Positions 1 to 9,469 of a DNA stretch of 64,000 bases are shown piece by piece (the first letter of the stretch is position 1; every line of letters begins with the position of its first letter). The position numbers were made by a program, and so were the translations under genes. The DNA comes from Lachnospiraceae bacterium. Its GTDB lineage: Bacteria > Bacillota > Clostridia > Lachnospirales > Lachnospiraceae. The stretch covers positions 10,284 to 74,283 of the forward strand of contig JAILQS010000015.1 of NCBI GenBank assembly GCA_024698865.1, read 5' to 3'. A model generated the notes under the pieces. It made no database searches. It was not told the DNA's origin and saw only the letters and a program-made list of their open reading frames with translations.

Positions 1-34
1 CATCCTTATCGACATAAAGGCTTCCAAACTTATA

Positions 35-520
35 TTATCGTTCAAACACTGTTTCTTTCAGCGAAATATACTTATCCGCCATACATACAATCCAGGCCTC
101 TTTACTCTTTGGAATTCTGGTAAGGTTTAACGGCCACATATGACAACGGATAATCTCTTCTTCTTTCTTACCGATATCAAAATATTTGATGGCATTGTTC
201 GCTGCACGATCTGCATGAATAAAACCATGCAAATTATGTGTTCCGTCATCTTCATTATGCCAGTCATACAGATAGAAATCGTGAAGCATGGCACCTCTAA
301 GCAGCGCCTCTTCATCCACTTCAAACGGAATATGCTTGCGGATTGTATAGCTCAAATCCGCCACCCGACAGCAATGCTCGTAAGTTGAAATCCGACCGTG
401 CTGCACATAGTTTTTCATCTCACATACCTTATCGTTGTTCTTTAAATTGCCAAGAACCTTATCAATATGGTTTCTGTCCTTTTGTTCCACCAAAGCAAAA
501 CAACCGTCCTTTCTGTTCAT
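35..520 (-). CDS. HD-domain metal-dependent phosphohydrolase
   Basis: 161-aa ORF with an HD signature ([13 protein letters not shown]) and a further His cluster ([11 protein letters not shown]). Only shadow ORFs overlap it. Confidence 0.7.
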   Translation of the reverse strand: MNRKDGCFALVEQKDRNHIDKVLGNLKNNDKVCEMKNYVQHGRISTYEHCCRVADLSYTIRKHIPFEVDEEALLRGAMLHDFYLYDWHNEDDGTHNLHGFIHADRAANNAIKYFDIGKKEEEIIRCHMWPLNLTRIPKSKEAWIVCMADKYISLKETVFER

Positions 521-532
521 AACAAACTAACA

Positions 533-1291
533 CTATAATCTAAATGCAAATGTAAATTCGTCTCCGGCTTTAAATGTACCATCTGTACTTTCCGTTACCA
601 AAAACACTGCCTTATCCTCTTCCAGAGAAATCTCTCCTTTTAGCGTTTCCTCATATGTTTGGAAAACAATCTTGTCACCATCTTGCGTAGCGGTTCCTTC
701 AAGACTTCCGACTCCGTCAATATTTATTTTGGCTACATATCCGCTTTCCATACTGTCCGTAATATACAAAATGTCTTTGATTGCGTTGTTCTCATAGTTC
801 AAAAATTTTTGTCTAATGTCATTGTTTGTATACTCTATGGTTTCACCATTGTCTTTCGCATACTGTGATGCTAATTTATAGACGCGGTTGCGCATTAAAT
901 CTGCTTTTTCCTGCGCATACAGCATCGGATAAATAGATCCGTCACTGTAATCCTGCAACATATCCTCAAGGAATGGATCTACAACCTTGTTCCAGGTATC
1001 CTGCTCTGCCTTTATCTCGTCACTAAGGCTGTCTCCTATCTCATCCCACAAAGTGTCAAGTTCTTCCTCCCACTTTTCGCAGTACGCTCCGGCTTTCTCA
1101 CTCATTTCCGCTTGGGAAACATCTTCTTTCTTGGATGCCTCGTACTCTTCATCCACTTTTGTCATCACTTCCAGTTCCTCCATCACCTTCGAAACAAGAT
1201 TGGATGACGCATCTTCTGCCGGTTTCTCCTGCTTGCCGCATGCAGACAATACAAATATGCTAATTACGAGTAATCCTAAAAGTTTTTTCAT
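533..1291 (-). CDS. putative lipoprotein of unknown function
   Basis: N-terminal signal peptide with lipobox (VLSAC-GK) and an acidic mature region. SD AAAGGAGGAAG lies upstream of the ATG. Confidence 0.6.
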   Translation of the reverse strand: MKKLLGLLVISIFVLSACGKQEKPAEDASSNLVSKVMEELEVMTKVDEEYEASKKEDVSQAEMSEKAGAYCEKWEEELDTLWDEIGDSLSDEIKAEQDTWNKVVDPFLEDMLQDYSDGSIYPMLYAQEKADLMRNRVYKLASQYAKDNGETIEYTNNDIRQKFLNYENNAIKDILYITDSMESGYVAKINIDGVGSLEGTATQDGDKIVFQTYEETLKGEISLEEDKAVFLVTESTDGTFKAGDEFTFAFRL

Positions 1292-1442
1292 TTTCTTCCT
1301 CCTTTTATACGCATTAAGGAAAAGGCAAATGCCTTTCCCTTAATATATGTAGCTTTCTTTCAGTTTTAAATGATGATGTTTTGATACTTGGGTATTATAA
1401 CAAATATCAAACGCAAAAACAAGAAAGAAAAACGTGCTATAT

Positions 1443-3524
1443 TTATTTGTCTGCTCTCGCTTTTGCTTCTTCGATGACTCTGTTCTGAACATCTGAAGGT
1501 GAAGGCTCGTATCTGGCAAATTCATAGGAGTATTCACCGATACCTCCGGTCATGGAGCGAAGCTTGGTGGAATAACCATAAAGTTCTGACATCGGAATAT
1601 CCGCTACAATCTCCTGCTTACCGTTTGGTAATGGATTCATACCAAGTACTCTTCCGCGACGTTTGTTGAGATCTCCCATAACATCACCTGTGAAATCATC
1701 GGTTACCACAACTTTCAGAGAAGCAATCGGCTCAAGCAAAATAGGGGTTGCTTCCATAATTCCCTGTTTGAACGCGAGCAGTGTTGCCGTCTTAAATGCC
1801 ATCTCCGAAGAGTCTACCGGATGGTAAGATCCGTCAACAAGTGTTGCCTTGATTCCAACAACCGGATATCCGGCAAGCGGTCCTTTCAAAACGCCTTCCG
1901 CAATTCCTTTTTCTACAGCAGGGAAGTAATTCTTTGGCACTGCTCCACCAAAGATATTCTCTTCGAAAATATAAGGTGTCTCAAGATCGTGCGATGGTTC
2001 AAACTCAATATGTACATCTCCATACTGACCGTGTCCACCGGATTGTTTTTTGTGTTTACCCTGTACTTTGACCTTCTTAAGAATGGTCTCTCTATATGCA
2101 ACTCTTGGTTTATCCAACTCAATTTCAACTTTATATCTGTCAAGAAGTTTGGAAACGACTACTTCTAACTGCTGGTCTCCGATTCCGTATAACAACGTCT
2201 GGAAATTCTCTGTATCGTTAACTACTTTCAGCGTCTTGTCTTCATCCATCATCTTGGCAAGTGCCTGTGAAACCTTGTCGTCATCCCCCTTCTTAACAGT
2301 TCTAAACTGCTGATAGGTATATGGCTCGGAAATTTTGGCCGGTTCATAAGAAATCATCGCTTCTTTCGTAGCGAGCGTATCACCGGTCTTGGCATCACTA
2401 AGTTTACCAATGGCGCCAATATCACCTGCGTAAAGTTCTTTCACCTCGATCTGGTTCTTACCACGAAGTACATAGATTCTTGAAATCTTTTCCTCCGTCT
2501 CTGTCCTGCTGTTTACAATGGTCTGATCTGCTTTCAGTACACCGGAGCAAACTTTAACAAGAGAAAATTTACCCATAAACGGATCTGCAATTGTCTTAAA
2601 TACCTGTGCAGTCATAGGTTTATTTGCATCATAGTTTGCATCAAAAGTCTCAAGATTCTTTTGGTTGACACCAATCTTAATTCCTTTGTTCGGTGCCGGG
2701 AAGTATTTTTCGATTTCCTGAAGAAGCATTCTCGCTCCCTGTGCGTTAACTCCGGAGCCCATCAGCACCGGTACGATACTTCCATCTATAACACTTGTTC
2801 TAAGCGCTGTGGAAATCTCCAACTGTGTAAATTCTTCTCCGTTAAAATACTTTTCCATAAGTTCTTCGCTGCTCTCTGCAACTGCTTCCATCAACGCATC
2901 TCTATATGTTTCAAGATATTCCATCGAATAATCCGGAATATCGAAATCTTCGTATTCACTCATATTTGTAAAACGGCGACCTGCCATTTTAACTACATTT
3001 ACAAATCCCACAAACTTCTCATTTTCACGAATCGGCAAATGGAAAGGTGCTATTTTCGTTCCGTAAAGCTCCTGCAACTTCTCCACTACTTCACGGAAAC
3101 TTGCATTGTCATCATCCATATCCGTTACAAAAAACATACGTGGCAATTTTCTTCGTTCACAAATGTCCCAGGCTTTCTGGGTTCCCACTTCTACTCCGGC
3201 CTTGGCCGATACCACAATTACTGCCGCATCTGCTGCGCCTACTGCCTCTTCCACTTCACCTACAAAATCAAAGTAACCGGGAGTGTCTAATAAGTTAATC
3301 TTGGTGTCTTCCCAGATTACCGGAACTACTGAGGTACTGATTGAGAAATGTCTCTTTACTTCTTCTTTGTCGTAGTCACTGATGGTGGAACCATCCTCAA
3401 CCTTTCCCATACGGTCAATCACCCCGGTAACATAAGCCATTGCTTCCACAATTGTTGTCTTTCCACAGCCCCCATGTCCAAGGATGGCAACATTGCGGAT
3501 CTTCTCATACTTGAATGTGTCCAT
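1443..3524 (-). CDS. elongation factor G family GTPase (stand-alone EF-G paralog)
   Basis: 693 aa with P-loop AILGHGGCGKTT, DTPGYFDF and the domain IV/V length typical of EF-G. SD GGAGGAAG lies upstream. It is not in an rpsL-rpsG-fusA-tuf context. Confidence 0.88.
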   Translation of the reverse strand: MDTFKYEKIRNVAILGHGGCGKTTIVEAMAYVTGVIDRMGKVEDGSTISDYDKEEVKRHFSISTSVVPVIWEDTKINLLDTPGYFDFVGEVEEAVGAADAAVIVVSAKAGVEVGTQKAWDICERRKLPRMFFVTDMDDDNASFREVVEKLQELYGTKIAPFHLPIRENEKFVGFVNVVKMAGRRFTNMSEYEDFDIPDYSMEYLETYRDALMEAVAESSEELMEKYFNGEEFTQLEISTALRTSVIDGSIVPVLMGSGVNAQGARMLLQEIEKYFPAPNKGIKIGVNQKNLETFDANYDANKPMTAQVFKTIADPFMGKFSLVKVCSGVLKADQTIVNSRTETEEKISRIYVLRGKNQIEVKELYAGDIGAIGKLSDAKTGDTLATKEAMISYEPAKISEPYTYQQFRTVKKGDDDKVSQALAKMMDEDKTLKVVNDTENFQTLLYGIGDQQLEVVVSKLLDRYKVEIELDKPRVAYRETILKKVKVQGKHKKQSGGHGQYGDVHIEFEPSHDLETPYIFEENIFGGAVPKNYFPAVEKGIAEGVLKGPLAGYPVVGIKATLVDGSYHPVDSSEMAFKTATLLAFKQGIMEATPILLEPIASLKVVVTDDFTGDVMGDLNKRRGRVLGMNPLPNGKQEIVADIPMSELYGYSTKLRSMTGGIGEYSYEFARYEPSPSDVQNRVIEEAKARADK

Positions 3525-3736
3525 AGTTCTTCCTCCTATTCATTTTGTGGTATTGATTGTCGTTACATCATACATTTATTTTACTAAATTTTCTGACTAT
3601 ATACAATACTTTCTTGTTTTATATCATACATTTTTCTTCATGATTTTAATTGTCTGTTTTAAGACAGGTGCTTTGTGGAAATTGTCAAATTTTTATCTAT
3701 TTAATTTATCGCGTTAAACTTTAACGCTTTAAACTA

Positions 3737-3765
3737 TTGACATATCCGATTCCCTGTAGTACAAT
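3737..3765 (+). promoter_or_regulatory. sigma-A type promoter of the aroF-tyrA-aroA operon
   Basis: TTGACA (3737-3742), an exact 17-nt spacer, then TACAAT (3760-3765), about 70 nt upstream of the aroF ATG. Confidence 0.6.
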
Positions 3766-3834
3766 CTCTTTAAAAATGTTACAATATGGGTTGGGCTATC
3801 CGCCTATGTTCTATAAAGAAAAGAGGAATTTATC

Positions 3835-4848
3835 ATGATTATCGTAATGAAACCACAGGCTTCCAAAGAAGCAGTACAAAGAGTATTAGCAACCATCGAG
3901 GAGAATCATCTCGAAGCGCATGTATCTGACGGAACCGTCGTTACTATCATTGGTGTTGTTGGAGACAAATCCGTCCTTATGGAGAAAAATATCGAGCTCT
4001 ATGATGGCGTAGATAAAATTGTTGAAGTTACAGAGAGTTATAAACTTGCCAATAAAAAATTCCACCCGGATGCTTCTGTTGTCAAAGTCGGCAACACTAC
4101 CATCGGCGGCGATGAACTTGTCATCATGTCCGGTCCTTGCGCTGTAGAAACCGAAGAACAGGTTATGCAGACCGCACTTGCCATCAAGAAATCCGGCGCA
4201 CAGATTCTTCGCGGTGGCGCATACAAACCAAGAACTTCCCCATACTCTTTCCAGGGTTTAGAGACAGAAGGTTTGAAACTTATGAAACAGGCAAAAGATG
4301 AAACCGGTCTTTCTATTGTATGCGAGGTAACCAGTTTAAATGCCATTGAAAGTGCTGTAAAATATGTTGATATGCTTCAGATTGGTGCACGTAATATGCA
4401 GAACTTCTATCTTCTGAAAGAAGCCGGCAAAACCGGTCTTCCGGTACTTTTAAAACGTGGTCTTTCCGCTACTATTGATGAATGGTTGAACGCTGCCGAG
4501 TACATTATGGCAGAAGGCAATCCTAACGTTGTTCTTTGCGAACGCGGAATCCGTACGTTCGAAACTGCAACCCGAAACACACTCGACATCAGTGCAGTTC
4601 CTGTCATCAAAGCAAAGAGCCATTTGCCGATAATTGTTGACCCAAGCCACGCTACCGGTGTTCGTAAATATGTTCAGCCACTGGCTCAGGCAGCCATTGC
4701 CTGTGGGGCAGACGGACTGATGATTGAAACGCATCCAAATCCGGAAACCGCGCTTTCCGACGGACCACAGTCGCTCACTTTTGAACAGTTTGATAACCTT
4801 TGCAATGATCTTCGACCATTTGCAAAACTGATGAATAAACATTTTTAA
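3835..4848 (+). CDS. aroF: 3-deoxy-7-phosphoheptulonate (DAHP) synthase, type I-beta with N-terminal regulatory domain
   Basis: 337 aa. The KDO8P/DAHP synthase I-beta core shows LRGGAYKPRTSPYSFQG, IGARNMQN and IVDPSHATG. An N-terminal extension of about 70 aa resembles the Thermotoga-type enzyme. Confidence 0.9.
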   Translation: MIIVMKPQASKEAVQRVLATIEENHLEAHVSDGTVVTIIGVVGDKSVLMEKNIELYDGVDKIVEVTESYKLANKKFHPDASVVKVGNTTIGGDELVIMSGPCAVETEEQVMQTALAIKKSGAQILRGGAYKPRTSPYSFQGLETEGLKLMKQAKDETGLSIVCEVTSLNAIESAVKYVDMLQIGARNMQNFYLLKEAGKTGLPVLLKRGLSATIDEWLNAAEYIMAEGNPNVVLCERGIRTFETATRNTLDISAVPVIKAKSHLPIIVDPSHATGVRKYVQPLAQAAIACGADGLMIETHPNPETALSDGPQSLTFEQFDNLCNDLRPFAKLMNKHF

Positions 4849-4862
4849 TACGGAGAAAACAA

Positions 4863-5978
4863 ATGAATGCTAAAAAAGATTTAAAAATAGGCTTTATAGG
4901 CTTTGGACTCATCGGAGGCTCCATCGCCAAACGCATAAGAGAACTTAACCCCGATTCCTATCTGTTAGCATACAATTATCGTATTACAACCAAGAACCCT
5001 CATTTGGAGCATGCACTGGAAGAAAAATGTCTCAGCCACGTAACCACTTCTTTAGAAGATTTTGCGCAGATGGACATTATTTTCCTTTGCTCTCCGGTTC
5101 TCAAAAACATAGAATACCTGAAGAAGTTAGCCGGCATCGTTTCCAGAAATACCATTATAACCGACGTAGGAAGTGTAAAAGGTGATATTTGCAAAGCTGC
5201 CGAATCACTCGGCCTTTCTTCCAACTTTATCGGCGGACACCCAATGGCAGGTTCCGAGAAAACAAGTTATGAAAATGCATCTGCTCATCTTTTCGAAAAC
5301 GCTTACTACATTGTGATTCCCGGGAAGGACGTTTCCAAAGAAAAAACAGACTTCTTCCTTTCCTTTGTAAAAGACCTGGACTCTCTTCCGGTCGTATTAA
5401 CCAGAGAAGAACACGATGACATCGTAGCTGCAATCAGCCATGTACCGCATGTAATCGCATCCAGTCTTGTAAATATGGTTCGCAAAAACGATTCCGAAAA
5501 TAAAATGGGCATGCTTGCAGCAGGAGGTTTCAAGGATATTACCCGTATCGCCTCCTCCTCCCCGGAAATGTGGCAGAATATCTGTCTTACCAACAAAGAA
5601 AGCATTTGCAGATTTTTAAAACTCTATAAAGAAAATATAGATGAAATGTATCAGCAAATTGTGGACGGTGATGAAAACGCTCTCATCGAGTCCTTCCGTA
5701 ATTCCAAAGATTACAGAGATTCCATTTTAGATGGCGGTGCTATGGGACCAAACCGGGTTTTTGAAGTTTATATTGATATCCAGGATGAACCGGGTGCAAT
5801 CGCAACGATTGCAACCCTGCTCGCAACGAACGGTATCAGCATCAAAAACATCGGTATTTTACACAACCGCGAATACGAAGACGGTGTATTGCGCCTGGAA
5901 GTTTACGATCAACCTTCCATTGAGAAAGCAATTACCATCTTCCACAAACATCACTACACAGTATTCGAAAGAAATTAA
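4863..5978 (+). CDS. tyrA: prephenate dehydrogenase with C-terminal ACT domain
   Basis: 371 aa with Rossmann motif IGFIGFGLIGGS, GGHPMAGSE, and an ACT-like C-terminus (VYIDIQDEPGAIATIATLLA). Confidence 0.88.
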   Translation: MNAKKDLKIGFIGFGLIGGSIAKRIRELNPDSYLLAYNYRITTKNPHLEHALEEKCLSHVTTSLEDFAQMDIIFLCSPVLKNIEYLKKLAGIVSRNTIITDVGSVKGDICKAAESLGLSSNFIGGHPMAGSEKTSYENASAHLFENAYYIVIPGKDVSKEKTDFFLSFVKDLDSLPVVLTREEHDDIVAAISHVPHVIASSLVNMVRKNDSENKMGMLAAGGFKDITRIASSSPEMWQNICLTNKESICRFLKLYKENIDEMYQQIVDGDENALIESFRNSKDYRDSILDGGAMGPNRVFEVYIDIQDEPGAIATIATLLATNGISIKNIGILHNREYEDGVLRLEVYDQPSIEKAITIFHKHHYTVFERN

Positions 5979-6028
5979 CCGCAACCCACCAACCATTTGT
6001 AACGATTATTATAAGAACGATAAAGAGG

Positions 6029-7306
6029 ATGAATCACATGAAAACCAATGCTTTAAAGGGTGAAATCATTACCCCCGGAGACAAATCCATCTCGCACCGC
6101 TCTATTATGTTCGGTGCCATTTCCGAAGGAACTACTGAGATATCAAACTTTTTACAGGGTGCAGACTGCCTTTCCACAATATCCTGTTTTCGAAAAATGG
6201 GCATTGAAGTGGAAGAAAAAAAGGATCTGATTCTGGTTCACGGAAAAGGGCTTCATGGTCTTAGTGCACCCTCTGACATTCTTGATGTAGGAAATAGCGG
6301 TACAACTACCCGCCTGATGTCCGGAATACTTGCCGGTCAAAGCTTTACCTCCTGCATTACCGGAGATGAATCCATACAGACTCGACCGATGAAACGAATT
6401 ATCACCCCGCTTTCCATGATGGGGGCTGATATTATAAGCGAACGAGGAAATGATTGTGTGCCACTTCGTATTACCGGAACTAACTTAAAGGGAATTCACT
6501 ACAATTCACCGGTTGCAAGCGCACAGGTAAAATCCGCAGTTTTACTTGCCGGTCTTTATGCAGACGGCAAAACAAGCGTGACGGAACCGGCACTATCCCG
6601 CAATCATTCCGAACTGATGTTAAAAGGGTTTGGCGCAGAGCTTACCACAGATAACACCACCGTTACTATCATGCCCAATCCAAAGCTTACCGGTCAGAAA
6701 ATTGTCGTACCGGGAGACATTTCCTCTGCGGCATATTTTATCGCAGCAGCACTGATTGTTCCGGGTTCGGAAGTAACAATTAAAAATATAGGCATTAATC
6801 CGACCAGAGATGGTATTCTGAGAGTCTGCGAAGCGATGGGCGCCAAAATTGAATACAGCAACCGACATGACTCCGGTGGTGAACCTGTGGCTGATATTAC
6901 CGTGTCCTACTCCTCTCTCACCGGTACAAAGATATGTGGAGATTTGATTCCAACTCTAATAGATGAAATTCCTATTATCGCGATTCTTTCCTGCTTTGCC
7001 AAAGGCACAACCGTTATTGCCGATGCCGCAGAGTTAAAAGTCAAAGAATCCAACCGTATCGATCTTATGGTTCAAAACTTAAAAGCAATGGGCGCAGATA
7101 TTACCGCTACCGAGGATGGTATGATTATCAACGGTGGCAGACCACTTCATAGTGCAACTATCGAGACAAAGAAAGATCACCGCATCGCTATGTCTTTTTC
7201 CATTGCAAATCTATGCTGTGAGGGAGAATTAAATATTCTCCACAAAGACTGTGTAAACATTTCCTATCCGGAATTTTATCAGGACCTTGCAAGTCTGAAG
7301 CAATAA
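6029..7306 (+). CDS. aroA: 3-phosphoshikimate 1-carboxyvinyltransferase (EPSP synthase)
   Basis: 425 aa with PGDKSISHR, LDVGNSGTTTRL, KESNRI and HRIAMSF motifs. Confidence 0.95.
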   Translation: MNHMKTNALKGEIITPGDKSISHRSIMFGAISEGTTEISNFLQGADCLSTISCFRKMGIEVEEKKDLILVHGKGLHGLSAPSDILDVGNSGTTTRLMSGILAGQSFTSCITGDESIQTRPMKRIITPLSMMGADIISERGNDCVPLRITGTNLKGIHYNSPVASAQVKSAVLLAGLYADGKTSVTEPALSRNHSELMLKGFGAELTTDNTTVTIMPNPKLTGQKIVVPGDISSAAYFIAAALIVPGSEVTIKNIGINPTRDGILRVCEAMGAKIEYSNRHDSGGEPVADITVSYSSLTGTKICGDLIPTLIDEIPIIAILSCFAKGTTVIADAAELKVKESNRIDLMVQNLKAMGADITATEDGMIINGGRPLHSATIETKKDHRIAMSFSIANLCCEGELNILHKDCVNISYPEFYQDLASLKQ

Positions 7307-7308
7307 AA

Positions 7309-7354
7309 AACAGGCTATAAAATATGTTTCAACATACATATTTTATAGCCTGTT
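7309..7354. terminator. bidirectional rho-independent terminator between convergent aroA and the lipid kinase gene
   Basis: A perfect 19-bp stem (AACAGGCTATAAAATATGT / ACATATTTTATAGCCTGTT) flanked by an A-run on the left and a T-run on the right. Confidence 0.85.
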
Positions 7355-7364
7355 TTATTATTTG

Positions 7365-8282
7365 TTATTTATTTTCGATTCGCTTTCTTGACGCAGCTCT
7401 GGTAAATCTCACTGCCTGCTTTATATTCTCAATCTCAACCCGATAGTAAGAACCGCCGTACTCACCGTCTACCGTCCACGAAAACGGAGTTTTTGACTCC
7501 AGTTCAATTTTGCTTGTGCGGAACGATTTGATATACTCACACTTCTTATCCCTGGTTAACAAAGCATTTACTATCGCCTGTAATTCAAGCGGATTCTCCG
7601 GATTCTTAATGAGCGTTACTTCGAACAATCCATCATCAAGTTTGGGTCTCTTCCCAACCAGCCCTTTAAAGCCACCGACAGAAACCGTGTTGGTAACCAT
7701 ACCGAATATATAATCATCCTCCAAAACCATTTCTTCGGTTGTGATTTTTAAGTGCTGAAATTGAAGATTGGGAACTTTGCTCACTCCATCCAGAAAATAA
7801 GCCATCTTACCAAGCATATTTTTGGCTGTCTGAGAAGTTTCATACGCCACATCTGTAAATGCTCCGAATCCGGCGATATAGTTAAAATAATCTCCGTTCA
7901 GACTTCCGATATCACAAGGAAATTCCTCTCCTTCCACAACGATTTGTGCCGCCTTCATCATATTCTTAGGAATCTTTAAGCTGGAGGCAAAATCATTTAC
8001 CGTACCGGTTGGGATGTATCCGCATCGAGGTCTTTTCTCTTTGTCAATCGTCATAATCCCGTCCGTTACCTCATTTAACGTGCCATCTCCACCGGAGCAG
8101 ACGATATAATCAAATTCCCCGCCTCTTTCCGTCACGATACGTGTGGCATCTTTTGCCTGAAGTGTAGGATATACACATACCTCGTATTCCGCTTTCACAA
8201 ATATCTCTAAAATAGCGGATAGCTTCGTCCTGATTGCCTCTTTTCCGGCTCTTGGATTATATATAAAAAGCATTTTCTTCAT
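7365..8282 (-). CDS. diacylglycerol/lipid kinase family protein (YegS/DagK type)
   Basis: 305 aa starting MLFIYNPRAGK, with the CSGGDGTLNEV signature. Confidence 0.85.
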   Translation of the reverse strand: MKKMLFIYNPRAGKEAIRTKLSAILEIFVKAEYEVCVYPTLQAKDATRIVTERGGEFDYIVCSGGDGTLNEVTDGIMTIDKEKRPRCGYIPTGTVNDFASSLKIPKNMMKAAQIVVEGEEFPCDIGSLNGDYFNYIAGFGAFTDVAYETSQTAKNMLGKMAYFLDGVSKVPNLQFQHLKITTEEMVLEDDYIFGMVTNTVSVGGFKGLVGKRPKLDDGLFEVTLIKNPENPLELQAIVNALLTRDKKCEYIKSFRTSKIELESKTPFSWTVDGEYGGSYYRVEIENIKQAVRFTRAASRKRIENK

Positions 8283-8295
8283 AATTAAAACTCAC

Positions 8296-9447
8296 TTACC
8301 TTTTTGTGCGTATCTGAGATGACACACTTAAAACAATTCCGACTTCCGCCACCATTACTGCCACCGAAGTTCCGCCGTAACTTATGAACGGCAACGGGAT
8401 TCCGGTCGATGGTATGGAATTCGTAACTACAGCTATATTGATAAGTACCTGAACCGCAAAATGCGCAAGAATTCCGGTACACACCAGTCCGCCAAACAAA
8501 TCCGGCGAATTAATTGCTATGATAAATATTCTCCACAAAAACAACGCAAATATTACGATAACCGTAATTGCCCCAAGAATACCGAGTTCTTCACAGATAA
8601 TACAGAAAATCATATCATTAAAGGCTTCCGGCAAATATCCCAGTTTCTGAAAACTTCCACCAAGTCCCGTTCCGGTAAGGCCTCCTGACGCAATCGCATA
8701 TAATCCCTGCAAAATCTGAAATCCCTTTGGATGTGTCTCAACATTTCTCCAAATTTCGATACGTTGTGCTCGGAATCCTTCTCCAAGTAAAATGTAGGCA
8801 AATCCAAGCAACCCGACTACAAGAGCAACGATTACAAAATATCTTTTCTTCGGACTCGCCACAAAACAAACCGCAATCGCAATAAATGCAATTACAATCG
8901 CTGTACTCATGTTCTCTTTACCAACCAAAACAATCATCGGTAAAATGTATACACCGATTCTCACAAGTCCGCTGAATTTACTCATTTCCTTTGGTGCCTT
9001 ATTAATCAGATATGCTGTAAATACCGCAACTGCCACTTTTGATAAGTCAGAAGGCTGGAATGTACCAAGCGGTCCTGCATCAATCCATCGTCTTGCATGG
9101 TTGATTTCCACTCCAAAGAACAGGGTATACAGCTGTAACAACAGACACGCCACATAAAACCAGGTTGCAAGTGAATGTTTAAATATAATCGTTTTCTTTC
9201 TCAGAAAAGAATAGTCAACCTTGGAAACCACAAGCATACCAATTACCCCCAACACAGCAGACAGTGCCTGTCGTTTGAGGTAATAGGTCGAATCACCTTT
9301 GACAACTTGCGCATTATAAGAACTGGTACTATAAATCATAACCAGCCCAAACACGACAAGAATAATTGTCAGAAAAAGCAACGTATAATCATAATAATCA
9401 TATTGAGGTACTCTTGATGACCTTGCTCTGCTACCGGTTTGTTCCAT
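8296..9447 (-). CDS. ftsW: FtsW/RodA/SpoVE family peptidoglycan glycosyltransferase
   Basis: 383 aa polytopic SEDS protein (PEAFNDMIF, TGIPLPFISYGGTS) at the distal end of the dcw cluster. Confidence 0.9.
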   Translation of the reverse strand: MEQTGSRARSSRVPQYDYYDYTLLFLTIILVVFGLVMIYSTSSYNAQVVKGDSTYYLKRQALSAVLGVIGMLVVSKVDYSFLRKKTIIFKHSLATWFYVACLLLQLYTLFFGVEINHARRWIDAGPLGTFQPSDLSKVAVAVFTAYLINKAPKEMSKFSGLVRIGVYILPMIVLVGKENMSTAIVIAFIAIAVCFVASPKKRYFVIVALVVGLLGFAYILLGEGFRAQRIEIWRNVETHPKGFQILQGLYAIASGGLTGTGLGGSFQKLGYLPEAFNDMIFCIICEELGILGAITVIVIFALFLWRIFIIAINSPDLFGGLVCTGILAHFAVQVLINIAVVTNSIPSTGIPLPFISYGGTSVAVMVAEVGIVLSVSSQIRTKR

Positions 9448-9469
9448 CAGGGTCTTCCTTTCAATCTGC

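Noticed and set aside
1314-1343. Hairpin TTAAGGAAAAGGCA-AAT-GCCTTTCCCTTAA as a terminator of the EF-G gene
   Set aside because: The stem is reasonable, but no U-tract follows on the minus strand and it sits just upstream of the lipoprotein RBS. It is too ambiguous to list as a feature.
2661-3290. Long antisense ORFs opposite well-supported genes, for example 2661..3290, 21934..22398, 26251..26703, 43665..44180, 46961..47578 and 61532..62098
   Set aside because: They are shadow ORFs lying fully inside strongly supported genes on the other strand. Their composition is odd (Cys/His/Phe-rich), and they have no RBS and no recognisable motifs.
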